Notes under the pieces: generated by a model
Seen by the model: the letters and a program-made list of their open reading frames with translations, nothing else
Databases searched by the model: none
Told to the model about the DNA's origin: nothing
Assembly: GCA_030141605.1 (NCBI GenBank)
Contig: JAQGDQ010000148.1
Coordinates: forward strand, 124,001-188,000
From: Tubiluchus corallicola
Lineage: Eukaryota > Animalia > Priapulida
Reading direction: 5' to 3'
Length of the DNA stretch: 64,000 nucleotides
In this document: piece after piece, positions 50,119-63,499 of the stretch
Numbering within the stretch: position 1 is the stretch's first letter
How the letters are laid out: every line of letters begins with the position of its first letter
Translations under genes and position numbers: made by a program

Positions 50119-53100
50119 AGAAAGGTTTTGTTCTCACACCAAAATTTTTTGACTATCTACGTCAATTTGTACTCTTTCTAACGTCAAACGATTGTTGTGC
50201 GGATATTGACATTATTTTCGCTTTCCATTTTTACCTTCGCCCATCGGGAATGCCCTTTTTGCGCTTTCCTTAGTAAAAGTATAATAAATAAATTAATTAA
50301 TTAATAAAATAATAATTCCTTAATAAATTATTTACTAAATGTGAACTATGCTTTACAATGGACCTTTTTATCCATAGAATGTGAGTTTGTTTTTATCTCT
50401 TATCTACAATAAACCCATTTTCCATATACAGGTATTTTTGCAACAAAATCAATTCATTCCATCGTTGTATTATACTGTACTTTTACTTTAACGATTTCGT
50501 TCGTACAACACGAATTCGAAACTGTGAATAAATTTCCAAGTGAGAATATAAAAATTCGTTATCACGCTTATATTTTTCGATATGAATGCTTTAATATGGA
50601 TACATGATTATGCCAAATACCTTACATTGCCAAGGGCGCTTCCATATGCACCTGCGGCTGGAGAGATCCAGTTTTGCTAGTTCGTGCTTACAAATAAAAA
50701 TACTTATCTACTTACAATCAGTCTAGATAACACAATATGAAACCTCAGTGCAATCCAGAGTTTTACAGTCACTGCAGCCGCACAAAAGTGTTCCCGCCTT
50801 ACGTCCTTTTTGTGTTTTTTGACAAATACAGGTTTGCAGTCGAAATTCATACGACGGCAACGGCATAAATCAAAAAACAAAATGCTAACGAATGTGTCAC
50901 ATAGGCGTGAAACAACATACACAATTATTAAAAGTGCTAAACCATAGTTCGTTATTATCATTGTAAGTTGTACCTACAGTTCACCTTGCCAGCTTTATTC
51001 ATTGCATAATAAATTACACTCGCCATCTCTGTACAGTACACAGTTATCTGCATGACCAACTGTCTTGCTGTTCTCGTTTATCCCCGTGAGTTATGATATT
51101 GTTTAGTCCAGCGCAAAACTTCTAAACATTTAAAATGTCTTGAAGAATGTATGCTATAATTATTACAATAGGTGAGAAAATTAACAGCAACAACATTCAA
51201 AACCAATCACTTGTTGAAAATTCTATTCTTTGTTTTAACACACCCAGTGCAAAATAAAACGGATTCCATCCGTATAAAGTCAGCATCTATTTTTACATGA
51301 TAATATAATAACGAAAATGAAATCTGGTTACACAAATAAAAATCAATAGGGATGTAAAATGAATAAGATAAAGGGGAATGTAACGCAATCAACCGTTGTG
51401 ATAAATGACGTGTGACATGTGATAAATAAAACAAGATTTCATATCGTTTTCATAACATTAAAATAAAAACACTAGACAAGCTTGTATGTTATAAGCTATA
51501 TAATGTTGAAAACAATAAAAAGCTAAGAAAACCATATACTGATAAATCGTTTTCACTTTCACTGAAACTTGAATGTAACTTTCCAAAAGCCACAGACGAT
51601 TCTGCCTTTTAAATTTGACTGAAAACTTGTTGCTGATTCACAACTTATTGTCAATTAAGTAAAAATTAAGTCCGTTCCAATGATCAAAATACTTCGAAGT
51701 AAAGTATTCCCAAATTTACTAGAAGTTTCACTATATACGGACGCTAATTTCAGTTGAGCAAGATCCCCGCTTGGAGGTAGGGGTGGAAACAGCATCACAC
51801 CTTCACTGAATGTTCTTCTGCCCAGGGATAGTTACTTTGGGAAGATATACATAAACATCAAAAAATAAAAAATATCAACTTTTAGGCAGCTTTACACATC
51901 ATAAGTGACTTAACTAAGAAATTAAATCTAATAACAATTTATCACATTTTGCCAAAGTCCTTAAGTCTTTTACAGTTAAACGGCTAACTCGTCATAACAT
52001 TGACATATTATTACAGAAATTTATGAATGTTCAGTTATTCAAATGCTATTGGAGCAAAATCAGTATCATTAACTATATTTAAATTTTCCAGTCACTGTTA
52101 CAAAACAGTTTTACGATATGTCACAAGTTTTTAGCACCATTAATAAAGAAGTAAATGAAAAACAGTTAAGTTTTGCCACTTTTAGATATTCTTTACTATA
52201 TTAGAGCTATACTCTAGATACATTTAGTAGATAAAATATGATATGTTACGTTACATAGAGGCACAGTAATACTGATTTAAGTGATACTGTAATTAGACTG
52301 AGCAACAAAAATAAAATTTTAATGGGTATTGCTAAATCAGTAATATTTTAATACTTTGGCAACCTTTACAACTTATGACTCTATAGAAAGTGTAGCCATA
52401 GTTAAATAGCCAACTTATAGCCATATTTATATGTAAGTAACAAAAAGTACTAATTCGCCTAAAATATGTCTAGTATTTGCACTCATAATTAATTTGAGTT
52501 AAGCTAATAAATTTTCACTAATCTAGCTTTTCACTCCAGTCTAAAACAATACATATATTCAAAAATACAAGATAAAATCGGATATCGTGATATTGCTATT
52601 ACTATTGCTTCGCTGATTATATATGATTTAATAACTTCAACAACAACTGCTAGCTAGCTATATCTAGTTCAACAAATAAAAGCTAATACAATTCTGGCAA
52701 GCAACGATCTTTAATAGATGTGCATTATTAAAATATTTTATGAGCAATAAGTATATCACACTGGTATATATTTGCATAACATTTTGTATATCATACATAA
52801 TTAAACTCTCCATTAAAGATTTACCACAAAATAACAAAGTAAATTAAAGACGTCTTATAACTGTGTCGAAATTACGCTTCTAAAAGTAATCACTGCAAAT
52901 AATCACCATATTTCACACCCACACAATACTATTTTTATTAATCTATACATTACACATTTAAAACCGCTACCTGTATATTTGAGGTACTTCGATACATAAT
53001 AAATCTACACAAATATCTTATTAATTATCTTAGCTAGTAGCTGCAACCCTGAAATGCAAAGAAGTTATATTAACTGATATGTAATATCTGTTTCCTATGC

Positions 53101-54478
53101 TTACATAATGATTTGTTTTTTGAATCTGCATTTACAATAACTGCTTTCACACATCACATGTGCATACCTACTCGCACATACAGTACTGCCACTGTTAAGA
53201 ATAAGCAATCAGCCCTTATTATGCTGCTGCAGTACTTATAATAACCTACATAACATTGTTACAACATTACTAGCACATGCGCGAAGAGTCAATATCATGC
53301 ATCTACCATTCTAATTTCAAGAAACCTAAGTATGTGTGAATGAGTTATCAATTCAAATTGGAATTATGAAGTAAAAAATCTTTGGCTCTGTGTTAGAATT
53401 GAAAAGCAGAATTAGGGTTTAAGATAACAGTATATTAACAAGCTTTGCCATGGAAGTCATTAAGCTATTAATCTCCTAGAACAAGCCGAGATTTGATGAA
53501 GCCAATAATATTTTCATCAACTCTCATAAAAAGTTAAAGTGGATCTAAACTTGTTATTAATGATAACTACAGTGGATTGCTAGCCTAGTGAAAGTGAAAG
53601 TGTTTTTCTTAACAGTAAGAAGAAATCTATTGTAAGACATTCTTTTCATTATTTCAGCAATCTCCAAATACCCTTCAGCCAAACCAGCAATCTCACAAAT
53701 TCTTACACAAAGTAGCTTATATCATAACCATTACAATAAGCTTTGCAAGACGAAACCCGACACTTAGCGCAAATTTTGGTTCGTTAGCAACTCAATGGAT
53801 AGCTGTGAATTAACTTTCAATGCTGCTTGCAAAACCTTTGAAGCAGAGTAAAGTACTGGGTAATCTCAGAAGCTATCCCAAGGCACATTAAATCATCTGA
53901 ATATTGAAAAGTACTAAACTGCGGCAAACACAAATTAAATAGACTGGAACATGAAAGACAAGTATTAAAGCACTAATTGAGTTTATGCAAAGTGCTTTTA
54001 CGTTAAATGTTCTTGATTTTAGCATTTGCTTGAATTTAACCATGGACTGAGCGGAACGCTGAACACTTCAGACAATATCACTTACAAGACTGAAAAACAC
54101 ACGGATACACATTCTAAAAAAAAATAAAATAAAAAATAAAAATCACTTTCTACAAAACCATGGAAGTGCAAAAGATATGTCCAAAACTTATGAGTTTCAC
54201 AGAAATTACTTTCAGTAAGATGATGCACACCAGCAGTATGCGAAGGAATAAACACCATTTACAATTTTCAATAATACAATGTGTTTTCACATTTTCTGAT
54301 ATTATGACACTTAAATATGTGACTGTTTCATATGCATAGTTTTCCAAGTGCATAGCCTTCCAAGTGACATGATGAAGCAACTCAACAGTTGCAATGACAT
54401 CAACAATACATTTGTCCACCTAAAAATAAACAAATATTTAACAATTGCACAATTTTTTGAAACTTATTTGGAGGATCC

Positions 54479-54660
54479 TTAAACTTGTCCCTCTGTGAAG
54501 CTCCTTGCACGTACTCGAAGATCCTCATTTTCCAGCAATGGCTCCAGATGACTTGCCAGACTGGGAATTCTTGCATGACCAGAAGGTGATTTCTGGGAAA
54601 GACCCAATGGAAGACTGGACGGTCTATTCGCATGTTTTGGCTGTGTCTTCTCATAGTGAT
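54479..54660 (-). CDS. PRR5: PRR5/Protor last coding exon
   Basis: tttttttcag|AT, phase 1: DHYEKTQPKHANRPSSLPLGLSQKSPSGHARIPSLASHLEPLLENEDLRVRARSFTEGQV*. Assigned by phase and position; the tail is not conserved. Confidence 0.65.
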
Positions 54661-56560
54661 CTGAAAAAAATTCGATCCAATATAATCGGATGAATCCCAG
54701 TTTCACCGATTCCTGTAATTAAATATGATAAATATGCAGTATTAGTATGGGATAGTAGCTGGTTGCTGTAAACTAACACATATTATAGATGTATATGCAT
54801 CACAAGAATTTGCATATCTTCATCTCTTTAGACAAGGGGCAATTATTATTTGTTAAGCATACGAGACTTCTCTACAACATTGTTTATAAATACAAAAGTG
54901 GAAACTACTTATCAGACACATTTTGAGCATCATATAATTATGGCGTAAATCATTTAAAAAACATAAAAAAAGGAGTGCATTTAAAGCACAAACGTTTTGA
55001 CATGTATGACAAACTGGCAAAGACAGAGAATCTACACATTACTGAGACATCACAACTCACAAACTGCAACACTACAAGGCAGCATGGGTAGTAAGTGGCT
55101 TGGACTTGCACTTGGCTAGTGAAAGAAACAAATCAATAGACATTCTTTAAAGTCCACATTTAAAAAAGTCTCAATAAAATGTGTGAGGGCCACAGTAAAT
55201 TTATTTGCATTGATCACTGACTGTCACATCTTTCAGCACATGATTCGCACAAGAAACATTCGACTCCTGCAATAAGATTCCAGCACAGTATTTATGCGCT
55301 GACCAATTATTGACTGCCATAGTTCTTAACAAGTAATTCGCGCAGGAGTTTAACAATACAGCTCATGTAATAGGACCGCAGCTCAGGACTTATGCCCTGA
55401 CCACAACCTAACATAATATTAGGCATTATAGCAAAAGCAAGAGTAACCAAAACATAACAATGAAGATTCCAAATCATAAATGAGGTGAATTGCTGAGTGG
55501 TCATTGCATGTGCTTCCCAACCAAAATTAACTTCTTCAAACCTGTGCAATCTGTGTTATAGTTGGCATAGGCCTGTAGGGGAATATTTTAAGAAAAGGAA
55601 ACGTCGCTACTGCTAGTGCAACAGGTACTACAACAAGCTACAGATTACTGCAAATTTTGCTATATCACGATCAGTTTTACTGTCAAAGCTAGCGTTACTA
55701 TCACCATACATATCTGTCGACACTCCCTCCCCCCATGATTTCCACTAATGTCCACCACCATTATGTGTGTACCACCATTTTCATTATGTCATTTCAAAAG
55801 TAGCTTTGTTTTGTGGGGTATAATTCAAAGCATCTTTCAAAATATAGGGTAAAAACAACACAGTAGACTGCAGTACACATCAGTAATAACAGCAGTCTTT
55901 TCTGCAAGTTTTGACATGTTTTTGGCTATAAGCATTTTGTGACCTATATATTAACCTTTTGGCCAACAGAATACAGCAGCACACTTTAATTTCACAAGCC
56001 TGATTCTTGAAGTGTACAAGGCATGTGCAGGCATTATTGTTACAGGCATATGTATTAGTTAATTTGGACACTAAACACGACAGTACCAGTCTCATCATAC
56101 AGGCCAGTCAGAATAGCATTATGACAGAAATTCTCATCATAGAGGCAGTGAAGCAGTTAAGAATGGTGCCGAGGATGGTCAGTGAATGGACAGGTGAACA
56201 CCATGTTCGATGCCTACTCTAGCCGTTTTCATTTATCACGTCAATTCTGTTTTTACTTCATGAAGGGAAGATGCATCAACATGTGTAAACATTAATGGCA
56301 AATCAAAACGTGTATGTGAAAATATGAATGGTGCAACAAAAAGTTCTATTTATGTAAACATTAGTGTATAGGTAAAATGCTGGATTTGTGTAGATGTTAA
56401 GGAACTCTAGATTTTCAGTGTCTCATCTTAAATGTACAGGCTTGATAATGAGTGACACCCGGTTTTGCTACAAACATTCACATTGATTAAGGCATGTTGT
56501 TGACATTTTTCAGTATACCAAATTGTATTAAGAAAACCAAAAGAGAGAAAAAATACATAC

Positions 56561-56797
56561 CTAAGTCTACTTGCTTTGGCACCACTGCATCTCTACAAAC
56601 GTCGGGACATGGTTCTTCTTGGCCAAGATATAGACCTCTATAGCCAAGGTATGGTTTCACAACCAGAGCAACAATTGCCTCTAATTTTGCACAGCTGTCA
56701 TTGGGAAGTTCTTCGTAGTCATGGATGCTTTGCAGTACCAGAACCATTTGCTTAACAGATGCCGAAACCGGTGCCCCGCCATGTTTTCGCAGAGCTT
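56561..56797 (-). CDS. PRR5: PRR5/Protor exon 7 (end of HbrB-like domain)
   Basis: caacag|AA...TTA G|gtatgt: EALRKHGGAPVSASVKQMVLVLQSIHD...KLEAIVALVVKPYLGYRGL, versus human PRR5 QMLLVLQGVHE...RLETLVQKVVSPYLGTYGL. Confidence 0.9.
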
Positions 56798-57860
56798 CTG
56801 TTGTAAAAAAAGAAAGCAAAACCACTTTGTAGCATTACATTGCACGATTACTGCCACATAAGTAGTAATAAATAGATAATACATAATAATCATAAAACCA
56901 TAAACTAAAAATTAACAGAAGGCAAGTAACCTTGTCTCTGATGCAAATCAGATAAGCAACTCTGGCAGTAACTGAAAAAAGTGTAAACATTGCAAATTGG
57001 TCTGCCATTAATGGTGCGACAAAATTTTAGCTTTTGGTCAAATACCAAACAGAATATTAATGGAATCATTTCATTTATATTGACCCCACCTGGATGGTGA
57101 AAAATTAATAACAATGCATGTACTTCCAAGTTAAACAATATTACATGATTACAAAATCGCAAAAGTAATGGAAAACACAGAAAAAGGGCTAAAATTTTAA
57201 GAAACAATTTAGAGTTTATAAAGAATAATTGCATCTTATGATCCAACAGGCTATAAACAAGAAGCAAGATATAAGCTCTAGGACTCTAGCTTTGTACAAA
57301 ACATGCACAAAAAGATGCAAGAGGAAGAATTTTTGCAAGTGTGGTAAACAGATGGTTTTGCCAATATTGTACTTACTGACATAATAATATATTATTTAAC
57401 CTATATTGTTATTTATCGACTAATCCTTGTACATAATTTTGTTATTGTACCTGAGTATGAATAAATGGTAATAATAACAGCAATAATATTCACAAATACA
57501 TGTACACAGGAATTAAGCAGTAGAAAAATGTACAAGTGTCCTGTAAAAATTAAAAATATAAAAATCAGTTATTCAGGCTTCAACACACACTTACTATTGA
57601 ACAGAAACAAATTACATAAGAGTAATAATTGTCATTCTCCAAGATCCTCATTTTTATGCGCTCATTAAAACCCGAGGCAGAAGCTTTACACTTTTGCTTG
57701 GCTTAATTGTAAAGTAATCACCCTACCTAGAACAGTCTATTCAAAAATATTTCTTCTGAAAACTAATTATTTCTTTGAAAATTTGTACCTTACAATTAGA
57801 TACAGCAAATCCTTTAAAATTGACGAGAAAAATCAAAGAGTGACTATAGTTGATACATAC

Positions 57861-57936
57861 CTAGTAACTTCACTTTTAACACGACTACGTCTCTGAAAGC
57901 CAGCAATGTAGTGCTTCTGATGTCAAACTCTTTTAC
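57861..57936 (-). CDS. PRR5: PRR5/Protor exon 6
   Basis: aacag|GTA...CTA G|gtatgt, phase 0-1: VKEFDIRSTTLLAFRDVVVLKVKLL (compare SVRQLALLHFRNAITLSVKL). Confidence 0.88.
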
Positions 57937-58431
57937 CTGTTATGTTAATTTATATCTTATGCCAACACAGTAAATTAGATTGAATCCATGTTCAATTTAC
58001 AATGAAAACTGTGTCTTTGTAAAAATGTGCATAGCAAACTCAAAAATCTAAAGTTTCACATTTGTAAACATCTATTGAAACTCTTTTTACTCGAATCACA
58101 GACTAAACCTATACTGAAAGCAAAACTATTTTTTTAAATTTAAGACTAAAAATTATTTAACAATTTGAAGAAATCTCTGCATGTGTCTGAGTTCCTATGT
58201 TACAACATTCAACATCAACGCGATTTAAGTGCAACTTAAAGGTACATTAAAATCTGTCTTTAATTATATCAATAAAAAGTTTGCAAGGTAAACTGGCAAT
58301 TTCCTTACATTGTTAATAACTTAACTCATGATGATTTTTATGCAATAAATATAATACATAACTGCATATCTGCATAATTGATGTTCTAAATTTATTTGTA
58401 TTTTTTGAGAAAAAGTAAATACGTATCTTAC

Positions 58432-58523
58432 AGCAATAGACCAGAAGAGATACTCTAATATCGGCAAAATGTCCTGATAGAAAAAATCCCAGATAGGTCC
58501 AATGCTGGATATAAGCTTTTCAC
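58432..58523 (-). CDS. PRR5: PRR5/Protor exon 5
   Basis: gtttag|GT...GCT|gtaaga, phase 1-0: GEKLISSIGPIWDFFYQDILPILEYLFWSIA (compare GQKLLDSLAETWDFFFSDVLPMLQAIF). Confidence 0.9.
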
Positions 58524-59084
58524 CTAAACCACAGTAATCATATAAGATAATAAATGCTAAACACCATCATTTCCTTGACAAATGATACAATTCTTCCAGA
58601 ATCTTGCAAGCAAGTCACAGTCAAACTATAGATTTCTTTTTGTTTGAAATGCTGAGAAGCAATCATTTGAAAGAAAAAGCTGTGCATGTTCAATAAAACT
58701 CTCGTTGATCAGTTTACCCAGCTACTGAAAAAATAGTCTTAATAATAACTTTTTGTTCTGCCATTGATGTTGTACTTGCAGTTTTTGCACATAGAAAATT
58801 GTTTATCATGCCATTAAAATTTACATAAATAAAACTTTCTGTTGTGCCACTGATCTTCATTTGTGGTGCCACAGACATTCAGTTCCACAATTCATAAAAC
58901 CAATTGCTGATGTTTCCCTAGCTCTACAATACGTAACTGTCTGTTTTGTCATAGAATTGTTACTTCGGCAATGCAAGCTACACACTAATAATTTTTTTAC
59001 TTGACATGTGATTTGCTGTGTAATTTGTAATTACATGCACACACAGCTTCTTGTATCTTTCACACTTAAACATAAGCAACTTAA

Positions 59085-60175
59085 TGCCACTGGCAATTGA
59101 CGTCTAACATAATGTCAATCATTTTCGTTGGCTGCCCAATCAGCGTGCAAGTTATTTCTGCCCCCCTGCAGAGCTTAATTAACGCAGGTACGTTCGGGGC
59201 ATTTAGCTACAGCTGCTGTTATGAAAAATGCCCAACTTTTCATTGGGTGAAATATTGACCTGGTTCTAGATTGTATTATTGTCAATTGAAATTGTAAATG
59301 AATTAGTGGAAATACAGAGTCTAGTTTTGTTTATAGGAAGAAATGCAGAACGCTTACGTCTATGAGTTGCTAATTAAACCATTTTGCAATCAAGAAAATA
59401 TGCTGTTTAGTTTAGTTTATGGCTTTGCAAGTTAGATAAAAACAACTATTTAATTAACTTTAAATAAGGACAAAACAAAATGTTTTGTTTTCTGGCAAGC
59501 TTTTATAAACCTCATGTGCTCAAAACTTACATTATACATCAATGTAATATTAGCTAATTCTACGCTATTTTTTTGGGTATAATCATGGTTAAAAGATGCC
59601 ATTGGGACTTATGTGACTCGGGCATTCAATATAAGGATTGTCTATGGAGTGGAACAGTCAAATTTATTCCATTTCTGTAACCTGACAAACGGAAAAATAC
59701 AAAAACCGAATAAATCTTGCAGATGAGCACATGATCAATTAATATAGAATAATACATCGCAGGCTTGATGTTTGTATGTTTAAAGGCAAGAGAGACAATA
59801 TTTTTGTTGCTAGTTTATTGTGTAGCAAAGCTAACTGGCTTAGTTTCTTAATTATGCTTGTCTCTGTATTTTGCAGTGCTTCAAAACTTCGTCTCTACAT
59901 TCTGTTTAAATTGAAAAGTCATTTTTTGCCTAATTAAAGTGTTAATTTCGTGTAAGAATAGCTGCTGCTCTGCTAATCTGTGTTTACGAAAAAGCGCAAT
60001 CAGTTTGTCTGCTGATTAGACATTACTTGTGACTGTCATGTTGTTTAGTTCCGTTTAGTTTAGCTTAGACAGTTGTTGTCTTGCGTGAGCTGTTGTCCCG
60101 AATGCTGCTGAGCGTGCTTACATTATAGCGGGGGCAGAGCGATAGACCAATATGTTTGACGTCAATTGTAAAGCA
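59085..60175. mobile_element. ~1.1-kb non-autonomous TIR element with TTAA flanks, in a PRR5 intron
   Basis: TTAA-tgccactggcaattgacgtctaacata...tctgcccccc at the left matches the RC of the right end, TTAA-tgctttacaattgacgtcaaacata...tctgcccccg. TTAA at 59081-59084 and 60176-60179 suggests Kolobok/piggyBac-type targeting. Confidence 0.6.
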
Positions 60176-60363
60176 TTAAAGTACACCAGAGAACGGTATT
60201 AAAGCATTTTTTTAATCTTCTTTCATGAGCGGAAAACATACCACAGAGTTTTACAATGCAAGTTATGTAAAGAACTTCACTTTTCTAAAATGCGAAAATT
60301 GTTTTTGACAATGACATAGACTACTCTGTTACAGACCACATACTGAGTGTATTTGGTACAAAC

Positions 60364-60421
60364 CTTCATCCTGCCTGATTTTTTCTCGTAAAATCACCAT
60401 TCCTTTCATTAAAAGTTGCCC
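60364..60421 (-). CDS. PRR5: PRR5/Protor exon 4
   Basis: atttag|GGG...GAA G|gtttgt, phase 0-1: GQLLMKGMVILREKIRQDE (compare NQLLTKGMVILRDKIRFYEG). Confidence 0.92.
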
Positions 60422-60619
60422 CTAAATAGGAATCAAATTACATACTGTACTGCTCAACTGTTTACGTCAAAGACAGATCTGATAAAATACTATGAAATAG
60501 GAAAATTTGTAGATTTAAAGGAATGTGTAGAAATATATAGAACTATTTTTCTAAGTGTGCTGGCGCACCACACATTATGTACAATCAGACACTATAGCAA
60601 GAGTTTTTCGTGACCATAC

Positions 60620-60668
60620 CTGATAGTAGTCAAACAAAAGTGGTCCTACTTCAGATTCAGACATTTTC
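60620..60668 (-). CDS. PRR5: PRR5/Protor exon 3
   Basis: tttttcag|G AAA...CAG|gtatgg, phase 2-0: (R)KMSESEVGPLLFDYYQ (compare RQLLKTELGSFFTEYLQ). Confidence 0.88.
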
Positions 60669-60767
60669 CTGAAAAACAAAGATAGACTGTGGTAAGACGC
60701 TGGTACACCAGCAAATAGTGAAATACCAGGAGAAGTTAGACAAAATGCATGATCAAATATTAAATAC

Positions 60768-60848
60768 CTTATACAGTCACATAGGAACATCATCTCTTCT
60801 TGACTCATTTGCTTCTCTTGGAACAGCCCAATGACAGCATGCTGAATA
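60768..60848 (-). CDS. PRR5: PRR5/Protor exon 2
   Basis: atttcag|T ATT...ATA AG|gtattt, phase 2-2: (S)IQHAVIGLFQEKQMSQEEMMFLCDCI(R) (compare SIHNGVIAVFQRKGLPDQELFSLNEGVR). Confidence 0.88.
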
Positions 60849-60986
60849 CTGAAATTAAAATATTACAATTAGAAAAATGTCTTTTCTAGCATTTCCATAG
60901 AATCATACATAAACATTAATCTGTTTCAAAATGATTAAATAATTTACGTTACCATATAAATTAATTTTATAATTTACACGGCACAC

Positions 60987-61138
60987 CTGTTCCAGTCATT
61001 GTCCTTTTTTGAAGCAGTAGGTGAGTGAGCATCTAGGCGGAGCTCAAAAGCAGATGAAGGCCTCATGGGTGTTACTGCATGAGAGTTTCGACCACCTGAC
61101 CGAAGTCGTACAGCACCATCTGTGTGTAGTGTAGACAT
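60987..61138 (-). CDS. PRR5: PRR5/Protor first identified coding exon
   Basis: ATG 61138 MSTLHTDGAV...KKDNDWN AG|gtgtgc. WN-S joins exon 2 as in PRR5 WNSIH. An acceptor tttagtag lies just upstream, so the 5' end is uncertain. Model is 308 aa. Confidence 0.75.
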
Positions 61139-61821
61139 TGTGAGAGCACACAGCACATTCTACTAAATTATGCACCATTCAATTACAGTTGCTAAAATAA
61201 AAACATTATTAAGTTGTAAGTATCAGCTTGATAAATGAAAAGTGGGTTATATACAGACTACAGAATTAGAAACGTATTTACAATATGATCAACAGCAGGG
61301 TTTGCAGATTTAACAATGTCATTTGCCTCCTCTTTAAAGACTGCTTTAGAAACAATTTTACTGACAAACCACTCCGTAACATGAGAGTGTGAAGGGATTG
61401 AAAAAGTAAAAACTTCTTTATGAATATTTGGGAAAAAGTTTGACTCTCTGAAAAACATGAACAGTTACAGTCTACCATAGATAGAGTCTAGAGTCTAGCT
61501 CTTGCAGGCAACTAAAGTGACCTATGATAGGATATATGTTAATAGCCTATTGTTATCCAGCACTAAAACTATAATGCTCGTTGTGATCCTGCACATGCAA
61601 TCATATATTTGGAAAAGCAAAGGAGAATCTTTTCACAATCCTTAAAAGACATGTAGATTTTTAATTTAATGTAGATTCTTAAAGTTGTTTCGTTTTTATT
61701 TGCTACTGACATCATTATGCAAGTTTTTTGTGTTTTATCTGACATTACATGTCCCATGATTTCTGTAAATTTGTATTGTTAAAGTTTTTTGTATTTTATA
61801 TTTTGTAGGCATAATAATAAT

Positions 61822-61886
61822 AATTGTGAAGCCAAACACTTTGTACTAATTAAAAAAATTGTGAAGCCAAACACTTTGTACTAATT
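61822..61886. repeat. Perfect 30-bp direct repeat (35-bp period)
   Basis: aattgtgaagccaaacactttgtactaatt occurs twice. Confidence 0.9.
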
Positions 61887-63499
61887 GAAAGATCAAATTA
61901 ACAGTATTTTAGTTAGTTCTTCATTTGATAGTAGGATGTTATTATTTCAGTTTTTCGCTTGCCAGTAGGCTTAAGTCGTAGTCTCTAGTCTTCGTGAATA
62001 TCTCAGTGTAATAATTTTTTGCCATGCCTTTATGTATTTGTGCACCACCAAGTCTTCGTTCTAAACGTAATACTACTACTTCTCATAACACTAATTCAGG
62101 ATTCAAGAATTAGTGGGCAGACAACAGTGCAAACCAATGCTTTTAAAGTACGTATGTGAAATAAGCCTACACCATATAGTAAAGTTGTTTATTTTCTCTT
62201 TTGCAATGACTATACTATAAAAAAATCATATACGTGCAAGCGTATAAGACATCTAAAAAATTGAAAGAAATACGTACATCATTAATACATTGGAAGACTT
62301 TAATACTGGAAACAAGCAACAGTTAATGCCCACAGTTTGTTTTGGAACTTGATTTGTGATCGTGAAAGTCAGGTTATCGGTAAGGCTTTGATACGTACGT
62401 GCGAAGATTTTTGTCATTCCCATTTTGCTTAATTCATGAAAGTTAGTACTTAGTAGCTTACCTTATATTGATTGCTTTTTTAACGAATATACAGTAAATT
62501 TTACATAATTAGGGATTAGAAACTATTCGAGCTAGACGGTAAACAGAGTTCAACAAAATTACACATTAGACCTCAGAATCAGGTATGTAATATTAATAAT
62601 AATATTATAATTAGGTCTGCTCAGTTCAAATATCAATTCAGCTCGTTGAATTGACTTACTTCAAGTCCAAGTCTTTAAATATATATATATTTAATTGATT
62701 TTCAGCTTCATTATTTGCATGATCCTTTTTTATGATTGTCATAAAAATTATACAGTGCATTAAATGTACTTCATTTGCCATTATTCTTGCGTTTACAATT
62801 TTCAAGTTTTTATTTTCAGTTATCTTTTTTGTCATACTGTTATTATCGCTAAATTGTTAAGTATTAATATTACTACCCCACTTGTCATCAGTTAACTATG
62901 GTTCTTTATATTTTAACTTAATGTCATTTATAAGTATTACTTATAATTGTTAATCATAAGCATTACTAACAGCAATAGTACAGCATCAGTAAAATGATAA
63001 TCAATAATCAAAGCTAGCTGACTAGACGACCAATTGGTCTTTCGCTACCCTTCAAAAAAGTTTTGTTATGTCTGTACATATGTGTGTCGAGATAAATTAA
63101 TAAAGATGTTATGCTATGTTATGTTTTAGGCTCCTAGCGATGATGGAGCATTTTCAGCATTTCCTTTTTGTTGTGCTCATAAAGAAAGTATACGTTTCTG
63201 TAGTTAACTAAATGAAGAATCATCAGTGCTTGTATATAATTACTAAATAAGCAAATTGGTTTCTATTATCTTTTTCTTACTATTATACCTGTGAAAAACC
63301 TGTGATGTACTGGGCGAAAGAAAGTATAGGTTTTTGCATAGTTTTTTCTGTCTTAATACTAACTGGTTGCATGTGCAAACAAAAAAAGTTATCTCTAGTT
63401 TGTTCGCTAGCCGTCTGGTGGTGACATGTAGAAGTGGTGGTTACCGGAACTCCTGTAGTGTCCGCTCGGGTTGAAAGGTGTTGTGGTATTTTTCTGGAT

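Noticed and set aside
56100-56220. GC-richer segment as an extra PRR5 exon
   Set aside because: All three minus-strand frames hit stops, and the flanking exons already join in phase.
60157-60164. Perfect CRE TGACGTCA in a PRR5 intron
   Set aside because: It is part of the terminal inverted repeat of the 59085-60175 element, mirrored by tgacgtct at about 59098.
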